Below are positions 40,781 to 53,174 of a stretch of DNA of 64,000 bases, piece by piece. Positions within the stretch are counted from its first letter, which is position 1. Each line of letters starts with the position of its first letter. The notes below the pieces were generated by a model. It was not told the DNA's origin. It saw nothing but the letters and a program-made list of their open reading frames with translations, and did no database searches. Position numbers and translations under genes: made by a program. This DNA comes from Gammaproteobacteria bacterium (GTDB taxonomy: Bacteria; Pseudomonadota; Gammaproteobacteria; GCA-002705445; GCA-002716945): positions 384,001 to 448,000 of the forward strand of contig JAYQJW010000002.1 in NCBI GenBank assembly GCA_038142325.1. The letters run 5' to 3'.

Positions 40781-42185
40781 ATTAAAACAATATAAAAATT
40801 TTATCTTATGCAACACACGGCATGACAAGTATTTATCAAATAGATTTTGTATTAATTCTAAGTATTTGAGAGAGAATCAGGTATTTATATCACTTGAGAA
40901 AAACATCAAAAAAAATTTTTCTAATATAAAAGATGCTATAAAAAAAGGCGCAAGTGGATTTATCACTCCATTTATTTACTCACGGAAAATACTTAATAAA
41001 CCGGTTCCTTATTTAGTATCAAAAGATATCTTCAGTACATATAGTAAGTTGTTTAAATATGATTTATTAAAAATTAAGCAATTACCTTGCCTTATTGGAG
41101 TTACTGGGACTAATGGAAAGACTTCTACGTCATTACTACTTGCAGATTCACTAACAATACAGAATAAAAAAGTAGGATTAATTTCAAGTGAGGGTGTCGG
41201 CATATACCCTAATACTTTGCAAAATGATTATACAACACCACCAATTGATATAATTTACAAAAATATAATTAATTTTTCATTGAAGAAATGTGATTACATT
41301 ATCATTGAGTGTTCATCACAAGGGTTACATCAAGGAAGATTAGACGGTATATATTTTGATTATTCAGTAATAACAAATATTGATAAAGATCATATTGATT
41401 ATCATAAAACTCTAAGGGATTACATTCATTCAAAGTTAAATATAATTAATCAGAGCATAAAAGTAGTATTGAATCATGATTGTATAAATTTAAAAAAAAT
41501 TGATAATTCCCAATATAAATGTAAACAAAAGTATTACATCTCAAAAAATCCAATAAACAAAAAAAATTTTATAGATACAGATATCTTAGGATCATTTCAT
41601 AAAACAAAAATGAATCCTTTTAATAAGTATTCGATAAAATTAATAATCGCATTAATGAAGCTAGAGAATTTCAGTATTGATGAAATATTAGAATCTATAT
41701 CCAGATTGAGACCACTAAAAGGTAGAAGACATATTATATCTACAAAACACAATGGCATATTTTTAATAGATTATGCACATACTGAACAAGCTTATAAAAA
41801 TATATTTTATGATTTTTGTAAAAATAAAAAAGTTCGTACTTTATTTGGATGTGGCGGTGACAGAGATACTTCTAAAAGAAAGTTAACTGCAAAGATTGTT
41901 GATAAATTCTCATCAGAAATAATAATGACAGAAGATAACTCTAGAACCGAAAAATTTTCTGTTATCAAAAAAGATATTATTTCTGGCATCGTACATAAAA
42001 ATAGAGTCAGGGTTATTGAAAACAGGAAAAAAGCAATAAAATATCTTTTTGAAACCTCAACCAAAAACGAATTAAATTTAATACTAGGTAAAGGTAATGA
42101 AAACTTTATTCTAAAAAATAACAGAAAAATAAAGCATAATGATATTGATTATTTAGAGGGTCTAATAAGTAAGAATGGAAGTTAA
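40764..42185 (+). CDS. murE: UDP-MurNAc-tripeptide synthetase
   Basis: GVTGTNGKTS, TTP, ECSSQGL, DYAHT, FGCGGDRD and DNSR. Confidence 0.9.
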   Translation: MQAQDKLKQYKNFILCNTRHDKYLSNRFCINSKYLRENQVFISLEKNIKKNFSNIKDAIKKGASGFITPFIYSRKILNKPVPYLVSKDIFSTYSKLFKYDLLKIKQLPCLIGVTGTNGKTSTSLLLADSLTIQNKKVGLISSEGVGIYPNTLQNDYTTPPIDIIYKNIINFSLKKCDYIIIECSSQGLHQGRLDGIYFDYSVITNIDKDHIDYHKTLRDYIHSKLNIINQSIKVVLNHDCINLKKIDNSQYKCKQKYYISKNPINKKNFIDTDILGSFHKTKMNPFNKYSIKLIIALMKLENFSIDEILESISRLRPLKGRRHIISTKHNGIFLIDYAHTEQAYKNIFYDFCKNKKVRTLFGCGGDRDTSKRKLTAKIVDKFSSEIIMTEDNSRTEKFSVIKKDIISGIVHKNRVRVIENRKKAIKYLFETSTKNELNLILGKGNENFILKNNRKIKHNDIDYLEGLISKNGS

Positions 42186-43511
42186 ATTGACAAATATATC
42201 AAAATTTCTATCTTCAAGTTTATATGGAGAAGATGCTTTTATTAATAACATTAGTATTGATAGCAGAGATGTTAAAAAAGGTGATCTATTCATTGCTATT
42301 AAGGGAGATAATTTTGACGGGCATGATTTTATAGATGAATCAATAAAAAATGGCGCATCAGCAATTGTTTGCAATAAATCAGCAACAAAAAGAGTGCGGC
42401 AACATACCTCATATTATTTGTGATGATACTATTGACGCATTGGGTGTAATTGCATGCAACCTAAAAAAAACTATGGGGCAACCATTTACAATTGGAGTTA
42501 CTGGCACAAATGGAAAAACATCAGTAACAAAGCTTACTGCCGAAATATTAAAACAATCATTCAATGTAAGCACTACCATTGGAAATTTTAATAATGATAT
42601 TGGATTACCATTATCAATTTTTAAGGCATTTAATAACGAAACTGATAAATGTGTTTATGAGTTAGGAGCAAGTAAAAAAAATGATATTTCTCAACTAGTT
42701 AATATATGCGAGCCTGATATGACGACATTATTAAATGTTTCAGAAGCTCATATGCAATCTTTTGGAAATATGGAAAATCTTATTTCTACAAAAGAGGAAA
42801 TTTTTTCTCATCCAAGAACCAATCAAGTAATCTTAAATAAAGATGACTTATATTATTCTAAGTGGGCTAGACTCAATAATGATAAAAAAATTACCACAAT
42901 TTCAGCTAAAGAAAATGCGGACTATATGATCAAATATAATAATGAGACTGGATTGTTATTTCACAACTGTTAAAGGAGATTTCAGTATTGATAAAAAATA
43001 TACTACTGGCCATCTCCCTATCAATATGTTGTTTAGCGTTTCATTAGCAATGGAAGCTGGAGCAAATATCGAGGATGTTCAAAATGGCTTGCAATCATTT
43101 AAAGGAGTAAAAGGTAGGTTTTACAAATTTATATCAAAAAATAAATCCACTGTAATTGATGATTCTTATAATGCGAATCCTATGTCCATGAAATCGTCTA
43201 TTAAGCAACTTGAGATTTTTAGTAAAGATAAAATATTTATTATGGGAGATATGGGAGAGCTAGGTGATGCAGCTCTTGAGCATCATATAGAAATTTTTCG
43301 TTTTGCAAAGGATTCAGGTATAAAATATTTACTATACATGGGTAATTATAAATCTGAAGCTAAGTCAATATTTGGAAAACGCTGTTATACTTATAGCGAT
43401 ATGAGTGATTTAATAAATCATGCAAAACAGTTATCTAATAGTGATAGTGTAATTTTGATTAAAGCATCAAGATTTATGAGTTTTGATTTAATAGCTGAAG
43501 GTTTGAAATAG
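42175..43511 (+). CDS. murF: UDP-MurNAc-pentapeptide synthetase; frameshifts near 42390 and 42955
   Basis: IDSR, FDGHDF, GNFNNDIGLP, DDSYNANP, GDMGELG and KASR. Confidence 0.92.
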
Positions 43512-43514
43512 ACA

Positions 43515-44600
43515 ATGCTTCTAAATTTTTTCGAATATCTATCTCAATTCAATTCAGGTTTTAATGTATTTCAATATCTGACACTCAGAATTGTAATGGG
43601 TGCATTGACATCACTTCTCATCTCATTAATCCTTGGTCCGTATATTATTTCTTTTTTAAGAAGTAAACAATTTTATCAGTCTATAAGAGAGGATGGTCCA
43701 CAAAATCACCTCAGTGATAAGAATACAACTCCTACTATGGGAGGTATTATAATAATATTTAGCGTTGTTATCTCGACTATACTTTGGTCTGATTTAGGGA
43801 ATCAATATGTTCTTATACTTCTATTTGGGATTTTAAGTTTTGGACTGATAGGCTTCTATGATGATTATAAGAAACTAATAAAAAAAAACAGCGATGGCAT
43901 TAAAGGAAGATTTAAACTTTTATTTCAAATAATTTCTGCATCACTGATTACTATTTACTTATTCATATACATGGATACTGGTCAAATTAGTTCTGTGATG
44001 CCTTTTTTAAAAGATAATAGCTTTCAACTTGGTATTTTATTTATACCTTGGTCTATATTTATTTTGGTAGGTTCATCAAATGCTGTAAATCTGACAGATG
44101 GCCTAGACGGACTTGCTATTTTACCTTGTATACTAATCGCATCTGCATTTGTTATTTTTTCTTATGTTCATGGAAATGTAAATATATCTGAATATTTATT
44201 GATACCTTATATTGAGGGTTCTGGAGAATTAGCAATATTTTCAGCTTCATTAGTTGGAGCTGGTCTCGGTTTCCTTTGGTTTAATTCATATCCTGCCGAG
44301 ATATTTATGGGCGATTGTGGGTCTTTATCACTTGGCAGCTCTCTAGGCTTATTAGCTATTATCTTAAAACAGGAACTTGCATTTGCGATCATGAGCGGAA
44401 TTTTTATTGCAGAAGTTTTGTCGGTAATCCTTCAAGTATCATCATATAAATTACGAAATGGAAAAAGAATCTTTAAGATGGCTCCTCTTCATCATCATTA
44501 TGAGCTCTCAGGCTTGTCAGAGCCTAAAATCATTATGAGATTTTGGATAATTACATTCGTTCTCGTTCTCATCGCATTATCTACTTTGAAGATTAGATGA
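43515..44600 (+). CDS. mraY: Phospho-N-acetylmuramoyl-pentapeptide transferase
   Basis: TPTMGG, NAVNLTDGLDGL, FMGD and MAPLHHHYE. Confidence 0.97.
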   Translation: MLLNFFEYLSQFNSGFNVFQYLTLRIVMGALTSLLISLILGPYIISFLRSKQFYQSIREDGPQNHLSDKNTTPTMGGIIIIFSVVISTILWSDLGNQYVLILLFGILSFGLIGFYDDYKKLIKKNSDGIKGRFKLLFQIISASLITIYLFIYMDTGQISSVMPFLKDNSFQLGILFIPWSIFILVGSSNAVNLTDGLDGLAILPCILIASAFVIFSYVHGNVNISEYLLIPYIEGSGELAIFSASLVGAGLGFLWFNSYPAEIFMGDCGSLSLGSSLGLLAIILKQELAFAIMSGIFIAEVLSVILQVSSYKLRNGKRIFKMAPLHHHYELSGLSEPKIIMRFWIITFVLVLIALSTLKIR

Positions 44601-45874
44601 ATATTTTTCAATCCTCTTTTTTAATATTAGGAAAAGGAACAACATTTAGACATTGCAGTGAATTTTTTAAAAAAAATGATGTAACTTATTCCTCATTAGT
44701 AACAGAGGATATTCTAGAAATAAAAGAAAATATTATTATTTTAAAGCATGGTGAAATTAACTTAAAAAATATTGATTATATTGTAATAAGTCCAGGAATT
44801 TCCTCTTCAAATCCGATTGTTAGACGTCTATTTACTATAAAGTCAAAAATAATTACTGACATAGAGATTCTTCAAAAACTATCATCATCGAAATTTATAT
44901 GTGTTACTGGAACTAATGGTAAAACCTCTACTGTAAACTTACTAGCTGATATTTTGAATGACAATGATATAAGCGCTATAGCATGTGGCAATAATGGGGT
45001 ATCAGTGTTTGACTCTCTAGAAAAACCATATGAATATGTCATTCTTGAGATATCGAGTTACCAGCTAGAGTATATAAATAAATTAAAATCATTTATTTCT
45101 ATAGTTCTAAACATATCAATGGATCATATTGATAGGCATAAATCTTTAACTAATTATATAAATTTGAAATTGAGAATTTTTAATAATTCAAAATTTCAGA
45201 TTATAAATAGCAAGCTAAAAAAATATTATCATTGCCAGACATTTGAAATTAAAAAAAATAAATTTTTAATAGATAATACTGCATTAGATAATCTATTTAT
45301 CAATGAAGATAATATGATAGTTTTTGAAGATGAAAAATATGCTATTTCTGGTAGGCATGAAGCATTAAATTTATGTGCGTGTATACCAATATTAAAAAAG
45401 CTAAATTTTTCTATAACTAAAATTATCGAATCCTTTTCAAAACGTAATTTTTTACAACATAGAGTTGAAGAAATTTGTACATATAAAGGAGTAAAATTCA
45501 TCAATGATTCAAAATCTACAAATGCAGATTCTACATTGAATGCTCTTAATTCAGTAAAAGAAAATATTATTTTAATTATGGGTGGGGATGATAAAAAAAT
45601 ATCATATGAGAGCTTAATAGATATCATTAATGAAAAAGTAAAATCTCTTGTGATTATTGGTGAGAATAAAACTTTAATTAATGACTTAGATGTAAAGGTT
45701 AAAAAGTCTTACATAGAAAATCTAGAGGATGCAATATCTTATATTTTATCCAATGTAGTTTCAGGTGATACTGTACTCATGTCACCTGGAACATCTAGTT
45801 TTTATCATTACTCTGACTACATGGAAAGAGGCGAGCATTTTAAATCATTAGTTAAGAAACATGCTAATCAATAA
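44597..45874 (+). CDS. murD: UDP-MurNAc-L-Ala-D-Glu ligase
   Basis: SPGI, TGTNGKTS, EISSYQLE, DHIDRH, NDSKSTN and RGEHF. Confidence 0.93.
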   Translation: MNIFQSSFLILGKGTTFRHCSEFFKKNDVTYSSLVTEDILEIKENIIILKHGEINLKNIDYIVISPGISSSNPIVRRLFTIKSKIITDIEILQKLSSSKFICVTGTNGKTSTVNLLADILNDNDISAIACGNNGVSVFDSLEKPYEYVILEISSYQLEYINKLKSFISIVLNISMDHIDRHKSLTNYINLKLRIFNNSKFQIINSKLKKYYHCQTFEIKKNKFLIDNTALDNLFINEDNMIVFEDEKYAISGRHEALNLCACIPILKKLNFSITKIIESFSKRNFLQHRVEEICTYKGVKFINDSKSTNADSTLNALNSVKENIILIMGGDDKKISYESLIDIINEKVKSLVIIGENKTLINDLDVKVKKSYIENLEDAISYILSNVVSGDTVLMSPGTSSFYHYSDYMERGEHFKSLVKKHANQ

Positions 45875-47008
45875 AATAAAAAATACTTTCGACTTCTTTG
45901 ACAGTAGAGGGCTAGATAATATCTTTTTAATATGTATTACAAGTCTTCTTCTAATTGGTTTGGTGATGATAACCTCATCCACGGCTGATTTTGCTGCAAG
46001 AAAATTTTCTAATCCACTTTTCTTTTTTAATAAACATTTAATTTTTATAATGTTGGGCTTAATAGTCTTGTATTTTGTATCAAGAATCAAAATGAAACTA
46101 TATTACGATTATGGTCAGTTCTTCTTTTACTATCAATCTTTCTATCTTTATTAGTTCACATACCAGGCATCGGTTTAACAGTAAATGGCGCAACAAGATG
46201 GATAAATCTTGGGATATTTACATTACAAATATCAGAAATCTCAAGACTATTCTTTTTTATTTGGTTGTCTGGTTTCATTGTTAGAAATGATTTTAATAAA
46301 AACTCTCTTAAAATATTCATTTTTTTAACTATTTTAATGATGGTAATTGTTTCCCAAAGGGATTTCGGCAGTATGATATTGTTATTTATGTCATTTATAG
46401 TGTTTGCTTTTCTCAGCAACTTAAAAATATCCCACCTTTTCAAATTACTTGCTTTCACTGCTATACCTATTTTTTTATTAATTTTTTTATATCCTTATAG
46501 AATTCAAAGATTACTTGCATTTATAGATCCATGGAGTGACCCTCAAGGGGGTGGCTATCAAATAATTGCCTCTCAAATTGCGCTATCTTCAGGAGGACTC
46601 TTTGGACAGGGACTAGGGTCTAGTATGCAAAAATTATTTTATCTTCCAGAGCAGTATAATGACTTTATACTCGCTATAATTGGAGAAGAATTAGGCTTCA
46701 GTTTCTTATTAATATTATTAGTCTTGTATGTTATTTTGTTTACAAGAATATTTACTTTTTATAAAAGAACGTTGAATATATCTCAATTTTCATCAAATAT
46801 TATTTTATCTATTTTTCTTTTAATTATTATGCAAACTACAATTCATGTTTTAGTAAATATAGGATTATTTCCTACCAAAGGCATGGGGTTACCATTTATA
46901 AGTTATGGAGGTACGAATTTACTTCTTATGTTTACATATATTGGAATCTTGATAAGAATTCAAATAGAAAATAAACAGAACATTAGTCAAGCTGTTCAGA
47001 ATAACTAA
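45861..47008 (+). CDS. ftsW: Peptidoglycan glycosyltransferase FtsW; frameshift near 46120
   Basis: VNGATRWI, DFG, GYQ, GQGLGSS.QK..YLPE..NDFI and LPFISYGG. Confidence 0.92.
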
Positions 47009-47010
47009 AA

Positions 47011-48102
47011 ATGAAAAAAAGTATATTAATTGTTGCTAGTGGTACAGGTGGACATGTGGTTCCTGCAATTAACGTATCAGAAAAATTATTGAATCATAAG
47101 CTACAAATTATATGGATTGGTACTAAGAATGGAATTGAAAATAAGATAGTAAAAAGAAAAGATATAACTATAAAGCATATTAAGTCATCAGGCATAAGAG
47201 GTAAAAACATCATTGATACTATAAGAGGTTTATTTAATCTTATTCAATCATTTTTTCAAAGCCTAGTTATCATTCACAAGGAGAAGCCTCTTTTTATTCT
47301 TGGATTTGGTGGCTATATTAGTGTGCCAGTATCTTTTGCTGGTTTTGTGATGAGAGTACCAGTTTATGTTCATGAATCAAATTCAATAGCAGGCACCGCA
47401 AATAAACTAAATAACAAAATATCCAGAAATACATTTCAAACCTTCCCTAAAACGTTTCCATCAAGTAACAAAATAATTCTCTCAGGAAATCCTATTAAAA
47501 GCAGTTTTGATAATATCGAAAAACCTGAGCTTAAGTATGCGATGAAAAAAAATAAGATTAATATACTCATTTTTGGTGGCAGTCAAGGATCTAAATTTTT
47601 TAATGAAGTAATTCCATTCTGCTTATCTGATGATAAAGATTTGTTTTCTGTAAAGCATATATCAGGTGCTAATAACTTGGAAATAGTTAAGAATAGCTAC
47701 AAAAAAAATAATCTATCTGCGGAGGTTATTGAGTTTTCAAATCAGATGGATGAGATGTACAATTGGGCAGATATTGTGATATCTAGGTCTGGATCAATGA
47801 CTGTAACTGAGATATCACACTCTGGAAGAGCATCTATTCTTGTCCCTTTTTTGTATGCAACAGATAACCATCAATATCATAATGCCAAATATTTAGTTGA
47901 GAAGAGTGCAGCTATCCTTATTGAAGAAAATAAAAATTTTTCGAAAAACCTTAAATCCTCACTAAAGCATCTATACTCTAACCAGAAGAATCTATTAAAA
48001 ATCGCAATAAATGCCAAAAATCTTTTTCCTAATGATTCAGGTGATATAATCATAAAAAATATTCCTGAACTAGATGAAAAACTCAATAACGCAACATCTT
48101 AA
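47011..48102 (+). CDS. murG: Lipid I GlcNAc transferase
   Basis: GTGGHV.P, GFGGY, HESN, GGSQG and HQYHNA. Confidence 0.95.
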   Translation: MKKSILIVASGTGGHVVPAINVSEKLLNHKLQIIWIGTKNGIENKIVKRKDITIKHIKSSGIRGKNIIDTIRGLFNLIQSFFQSLVIIHKEKPLFILGFGGYISVPVSFAGFVMRVPVYVHESNSIAGTANKLNNKISRNTFQTFPKTFPSSNKIILSGNPIKSSFDNIEKPELKYAMKKNKINILIFGGSQGSKFFNEVIPFCLSDDKDLFSVKHISGANNLEIVKNSYKKNNLSAEVIEFSNQMDEMYNWADIVISRSGSMTVTEISHSGRASILVPFLYATDNHQYHNAKYLVEKSAAILIEENKNFSKNLKSSLKHLYSNQKNLLKIAINAKNLFPNDSGDIIIKNIPELDEKLNNATS

Positions 48103-49465
48103 AAATAAATCATTTTTTCTGATTGGTATTGGAGGCGCAGGTATGATGGGTATTGCTGAGTTACTTCATAATATGGGTTTTTCTGTCAGAGGCTCCGATA
48201 TTAAAATCAATACTGCAATTACTAGATTACGTGAGCGAAAAGTCAAAATATTTATCGGGCATGATCCAAAAAATATTAAAACTAATGACATTGTTGTACA
48301 TTCGAATGCAATTAGTAAGAACAATGTCGAGCTTAAGCACTCTATTAAGTCCGGCCTGACTGTTCTAGCTAGAATGGAGATACTTGCTGAACTAATGAGA
48401 TTAAAGTATGGAATATCCATTACTGGCTCTCATGGCAAAACAACTACAACAAGCTTGTTAAGTCATATAATGTATTCAAATAATCTTGACCCAACATATC
48501 TAATTGGAGGTAAACTTAAAACAGATGACCCTCATGTTAATCTGGGGAAAAGTCATTATCTAGTGACAGAGACCGATGAAAGTGATCCAACTTTTTCATT
48601 ACTACAACCTCATCTTGTTGTGCTAACTAATTTAGATAAAGAACATCTTGAAAACTACAACAATAATTATACAAACCTAGAGAGATCTGTTCTAAAACAC
48701 ATAAACTCTATTCCTTTTTATGGAAAAGTATTCTTGAATGGTGATGATAAAAACTCAAACAAATTATTCAAACATATAAACAGAGAGATATTTAGTTATG
48801 GATTTACTAAAAATAATGACTTGAGAGCTAAGTCAATTATGTACACAAATACATATATGATGTTTGATGTTCATTATGATAATCATGTTTACCCAGTTCA
48901 AACCAATCTTTTTGGTAAGCACAACATTTATAATATTCTTGCTGCAGTTTCAGTAGCTATACATCTAGGTATAGATACACGTAAAGCTCTGAAATCCCTC
49001 AAGACATTTTATGGAGCTAGCAGAAGATTCGATATTTATGATAATTTAAATATTAAAAACTCTAAACCTACGATAATAGATGATTATGGACATCATCCAA
49101 CTGAAATTCAGTCAACAATTAAAACAATTAAGGAAATTTATCCTAAAAGAAAAATAGTTATGGTGTTTCAACCTCATAGATACTCTAGAACAAAACTTCA
49201 CTGGAAATTATTCTCAGAAATATTGTCATCATTAGATGTAGTGCTATTGCTACCAACGTATTCAGCAGGAGAAAAGAATAACTCATATGATTCAGAATAT
49301 TTGTTTAAGAAAATCAGAAATAGAAATAAGGTTTATGTTAAATCTATAAAAAACATAATTCCTGAGTTAAATAAATTAAATCTTGAAAATTGTGTTGTTG
49401 TACTTCAGGGAGCAGGTGATATAAGAGAAATTCTTAATTTAATAAAAGCAAATGCAGACATATAA
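48074..49465 (+). CDS. murC: UDP-MurNAc-L-alanine ligase
   Basis: IGIGGAGM, GSHGKTTT, ETDESD, DDYGHHPTE and FQPHRYSR. Confidence 0.95.
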   Translation: MKNSITQHLKNKSFFLIGIGGAGMMGIAELLHNMGFSVRGSDIKINTAITRLRERKVKIFIGHDPKNIKTNDIVVHSNAISKNNVELKHSIKSGLTVLARMEILAELMRLKYGISITGSHGKTTTTSLLSHIMYSNNLDPTYLIGGKLKTDDPHVNLGKSHYLVTETDESDPTFSLLQPHLVVLTNLDKEHLENYNNNYTNLERSVLKHINSIPFYGKVFLNGDDKNSNKLFKHINREIFSYGFTKNNDLRAKSIMYTNTYMMFDVHYDNHVYPVQTNLFGKHNIYNILAAVSVAIHLGIDTRKALKSLKTFYGASRRFDIYDNLNIKNSKPTIIDDYGHHPTEIQSTIKTIKEIYPKRKIVMVFQPHRYSRTKLHWKLFSEILSSLDVVLLLPTYSAGEKNNSYDSEYLFKKIRNRNKVYVKSIKNIIPELNKLNLENCVVVLQGAGDIREILNLIKANADI

Positions 49466-50289
49466 AAATTATCCTTTAAAAAAGATAAGCACCATAGGTC
49501 TTGGGGGTACTTGTCGTGAATTCTGTTGTCCTGAGAATACTGAAGAGCTGACTAATATACTTCATAATAACAGTGTTCTAAGCATTGGTAATGGGTCTAA
49601 TGTATGTTTTGTGACAGATTATTATGACGGTATAATTTTGAGTTTAAAAAAAATGAGCAAGTATCTTTCTCATGATGAAGAGTATATTTCATGTTCTAGT
49701 AATATATCTTGTACTAAACTAGCGAGATATTTATATAATCATCAAATATCAGGTTATGAATTTCTCTATGGTATTCCCGGAACCTTAGGAGGAGCAGTTT
49801 TTATGAATGCAGGTGCTTTTGAAAAAGAAATATTAAATAATATTCATAGTATTGATTTATTAGATAAAGACGGAAGATTGCAAACACTATTTAAAAAAGA
49901 TATTCAATATACATACAGGAACTCAGGCATTGATCCCAAAGCGGTTATTATTTCTATCAAGTTACATAATCCCAAAATTAAATTCGATAGCTCTATGATT
50001 AATAATCTTGATTATAAAAGAAAAGCTACTCAGCCTGTAAATCAATTATCATGTGGTTGTATTTTTAAAAACCCTACCAATGATTTCGCATCTGAACTGA
50101 TTGAATCTGCCAACTTGAAAGGTAAAAGGATAGGTGGAATATATGTCTCAAAGAAACATTCAAATTATTTTATCAATGACGGCACAGGCACTCATTGGGA
50201 TTTTCTAAACCTTCTTGATTATGTAAAACACAATAGTTTCCTTAACACATAATGTTGATTTAAAAGAAGAGGTGATTTTAATAAAATGA
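49452..50289 (+). CDS. murB: UDP-N-acetylenolpyruvylglucosamine reductase; frameshift near 50235
   Basis: GNGSN, GIPGTLGGAVFMNAGA, GCIFKNP and KHSNYFIN; the corrected end LKEEVILIK overlaps ddl. Confidence 0.92.
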
Positions 50290-51192
50290 TAAACCTTGAT
50301 TCTAAGATATGTATTCTTGGTGGAGGCTGGTCTAATGAGAGAGAAATATCACTTAAAAGTTCCAATGATGTATTCCAATCCCTAAAGACCAATAATCATA
50401 ATGTTATCTTCTATGACATGGTAAATGACAGTTTTGATGATTTAAAAATGTTTTTAAAAAATCAATCTATTGATATTGTATTTAACCTCATGCATGGCGA
50501 AGGCGGTGAGGATGGAAAAGTTCAAAGCTATCTTGATAAATTAAACATAAAGTATTGTGGATCTGACTCTAAATCTTCAGCAATATCATTCAATAAATAT
50601 CTTACAAAAAGCATCTGGATTAAAAATAATCTGCTAACACCAGAATTTTTAATCTATGATAAACAGAGCTATGAATATTTAATTGAAAAGTTTGGGTCCA
50701 TCCTTTTTTATAAAAGATACTTGTTCAGGTTCGAGTAATAATATTTTTCTAATTCAAAATATTGAAGATTTTAATAAATTTTCAAATAATAGTAGTAATA
50801 GACAGTTCATGATAGAGAAAAAAATCCATGCTCAAGAATACACAGCTGCAATTATAAATAAAAAAGTTTTACCTATAATTGAAATAGAGCCATCTAATAA
50901 CTTTTATGACTTTGATGCAAAATATAAATCAGATAAAACTAGATTTTCATTTCCTAATCTTAATAAAAATGTAATTAGAGATATACATGACTCTGTTTTG
51001 AAAGCATTTAATTGTTTAGGTTGCCATACTTGGGCCCGAGTAGACTTTTTCGTTGACAATAACAAACCTGTTCTACTTGAAATTAATACTATTCCTGGAA
51101 TGACTGATCACAGTCTTGTACCTAAGGCTGCCAAAGAGAGCGGCTTAAGCTATTATCAGTTAATTATAGAAATATTAGGTATCAATGCCTAA
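50286..51192 (+). CDS. ddl: D-alanine-D-alanine ligase; frameshift near 50690
   Basis: GGWSNEREISLKS, HGEGGEDG, YDFDAKY, ARVDF and EINTIPGMT. Confidence 0.93.
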
Positions 51193-51835
51193 GCTTTTAT
51201 TTACTTTATTAATATTAATATCAATACCTATCTTATTTTTTTATGGTAAAAATAATTTCATATATCCAATTGATGAAATCGATGTAATAGCGCAAGAATC
51301 GAATTATGATTATGAAAAGATTAATGCTGTTATTTCAACTCTTCAAGGTGAAAATTTATTATCTGTAGATATTAATGAATTAAGAAAGTCCATTATATCT
51401 GATGCTTGGATTAAAGATGTTGAAATCAAAAAATCATTTCCATCGAAACTATTAATCACTATTACACAGCATAAACCTCTAGCAGTATACAACTCTAAAA
51501 TTTTGACACTTGATGGGACTGTTATTGAAGATAATTTATCTAATATAGAACTTCCAATTATCACAGACAGCACTAACGATAGTTATCTATCTAGAGCTAT
51601 TTTTGACTCATGTAAATCATATTTAGATAAAATTAAACTTAGCTTAACAAAAATTGAAATACATAACTCTTTGATAAAAATCTATACAGATTCATTACTT
51701 ATAATATCAGATAGAGAAAATCTGAATCGAAACTTAGACAGATTGATAATTTCATTCGATAAACTTAAGCTTGTTTTTAAGCAAGAAATTAAGTCAATTG
51801 ATATGAGATATTCTAATGGTTTTGCTATCAAATAA
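51185..51835 (+). CDS. ftsQ: Cell division protein FtsQ (short)
   Basis: TM, POTRA-like W.....K.FP and IDMRYSNGFA. Confidence 0.85.
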   Translation: MPKLLFTLLILISIPILFFYGKNNFIYPIDEIDVIAQESNYDYEKINAVISTLQGENLLSVDINELRKSIISDAWIKDVEIKKSFPSKLLITITQHKPLAVYNSKILTLDGTVIEDNLSNIELPIITDSTNDSYLSRAIFDSCKSYLDKIKLSLTKIEIHNSLIKIYTDSLLIISDRENLNRNLDRLIISFDKLKLVFKQEIKSIDMRYSNGFAIK

Positions 51836-51863
51836 TTACTGAAATGAGATATAATATCGTTAC

Positions 51864-53109
51864 ATGGCAAACGTTAAAAGCACTGATACTCTTGTTTCAT
51901 TGGACATTGGAACCTCCAAAGTTTTATGTTTAGTAGCAGATATAGATGACAAAGGTGAGTTAAGAATCGTAGGTATAGGTAGTGAACCATGCTCTGGCTT
52001 AAATAAAGGCATAATTTCAGATATTGACACTACTGTATCAAGTATTCGAAGAGCTAAAGATAAAGCTAGCTTGATGTCTAATTGTAATATTCAGTCTGTT
52101 ACCACTGGAATTGCCGGTAACCATATTCAAAGTTATAATGGAAATGGAGCTGTTAACATACTTAATGATGAAGTGACTGAAGATGATAAACAAAAAGTTC
52201 TAACTAACGCTCAAAATATTCAAATACCAAAAGATCAAGAAATTCTCCATGCTATTGAGCAGCACTTCACAATTGATGGACAATCAGGTATCAGAGAGCC
52301 ATTAGGGATGGCTGGATCAAGGCTTGAGGCGAATGTCCACATAATAACAACATCATCTACTGCTAAAAAAAATTTGACAAAATGTATTAACAATAGTCTT
52401 TTAGAAATTAATGATTATGTTCTTCAGCCTGTTGCATCATCTGAAGCGGTATTGTCAGATGAAGAGCGTGACTTAGGTGTTTGCCTTGTTGATATTGGAT
52501 GTGGCACAACAGATATTGCAATTTTTACTGATGGAACCATAAAACATTCTGCTGTAATTCCTATTGCTAGCCAGATGATAACAAAAGATATTAGAATTAT
52601 TCTTAGTACATCACTAGAAGCTGCTGAAGAGATGAAAATTCAATTTGGTTCTGTTGCTCCTGATGTTGATACAGACATAAAAATACCTGTACCATCAGTG
52701 TCAGATAAGCCTGATACTGAAACTACAAAAACAATACTATCTCAAATAATAACTGCTAGGGTTAATGAAATCCTGGATGCGATCCAAAAGGAGATTAACA
52801 ATAGTGGCTATTCAAATAGTATAAGAGCAGGATTAGTTTTCACAGGTGGAGGATCTAAACTTGAGGGGTTAGACAGTTTTCGCTGAATCATTTTTCCAAA
52901 AACCGTCTAGAATTGGATCACCTAGACACATTAAAGGGCTCGAAGACTTAAGAGGTAAAACAAGATATGCGACTGCTGTAGGACTCTTATTGCACAGATA
53001 CAAAGAGCTTACATCAAACAAGACCTCAATCAAAAATACATCTAAATTAGGCTCTATGCTAGATAAGTATGCAAAGAAAATCTCAGACTATTTCCAAAAG
53101 GAACTTTAA
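51864..53109 (+). CDS. ftsA: Cell division protein FtsA; frameshift near 52880
   Basis: LDIGTSK, VDIGCGTT and TGGGS; continues to YATAVGLL and an amphipathic C-terminal helix. Confidence 0.95.
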
Positions 53110-53174
53110 CTCTTTTTTGATGTCTAATATTAATATATTTGTAACAATTACAACACTTTGGTAGAATTTGTCAT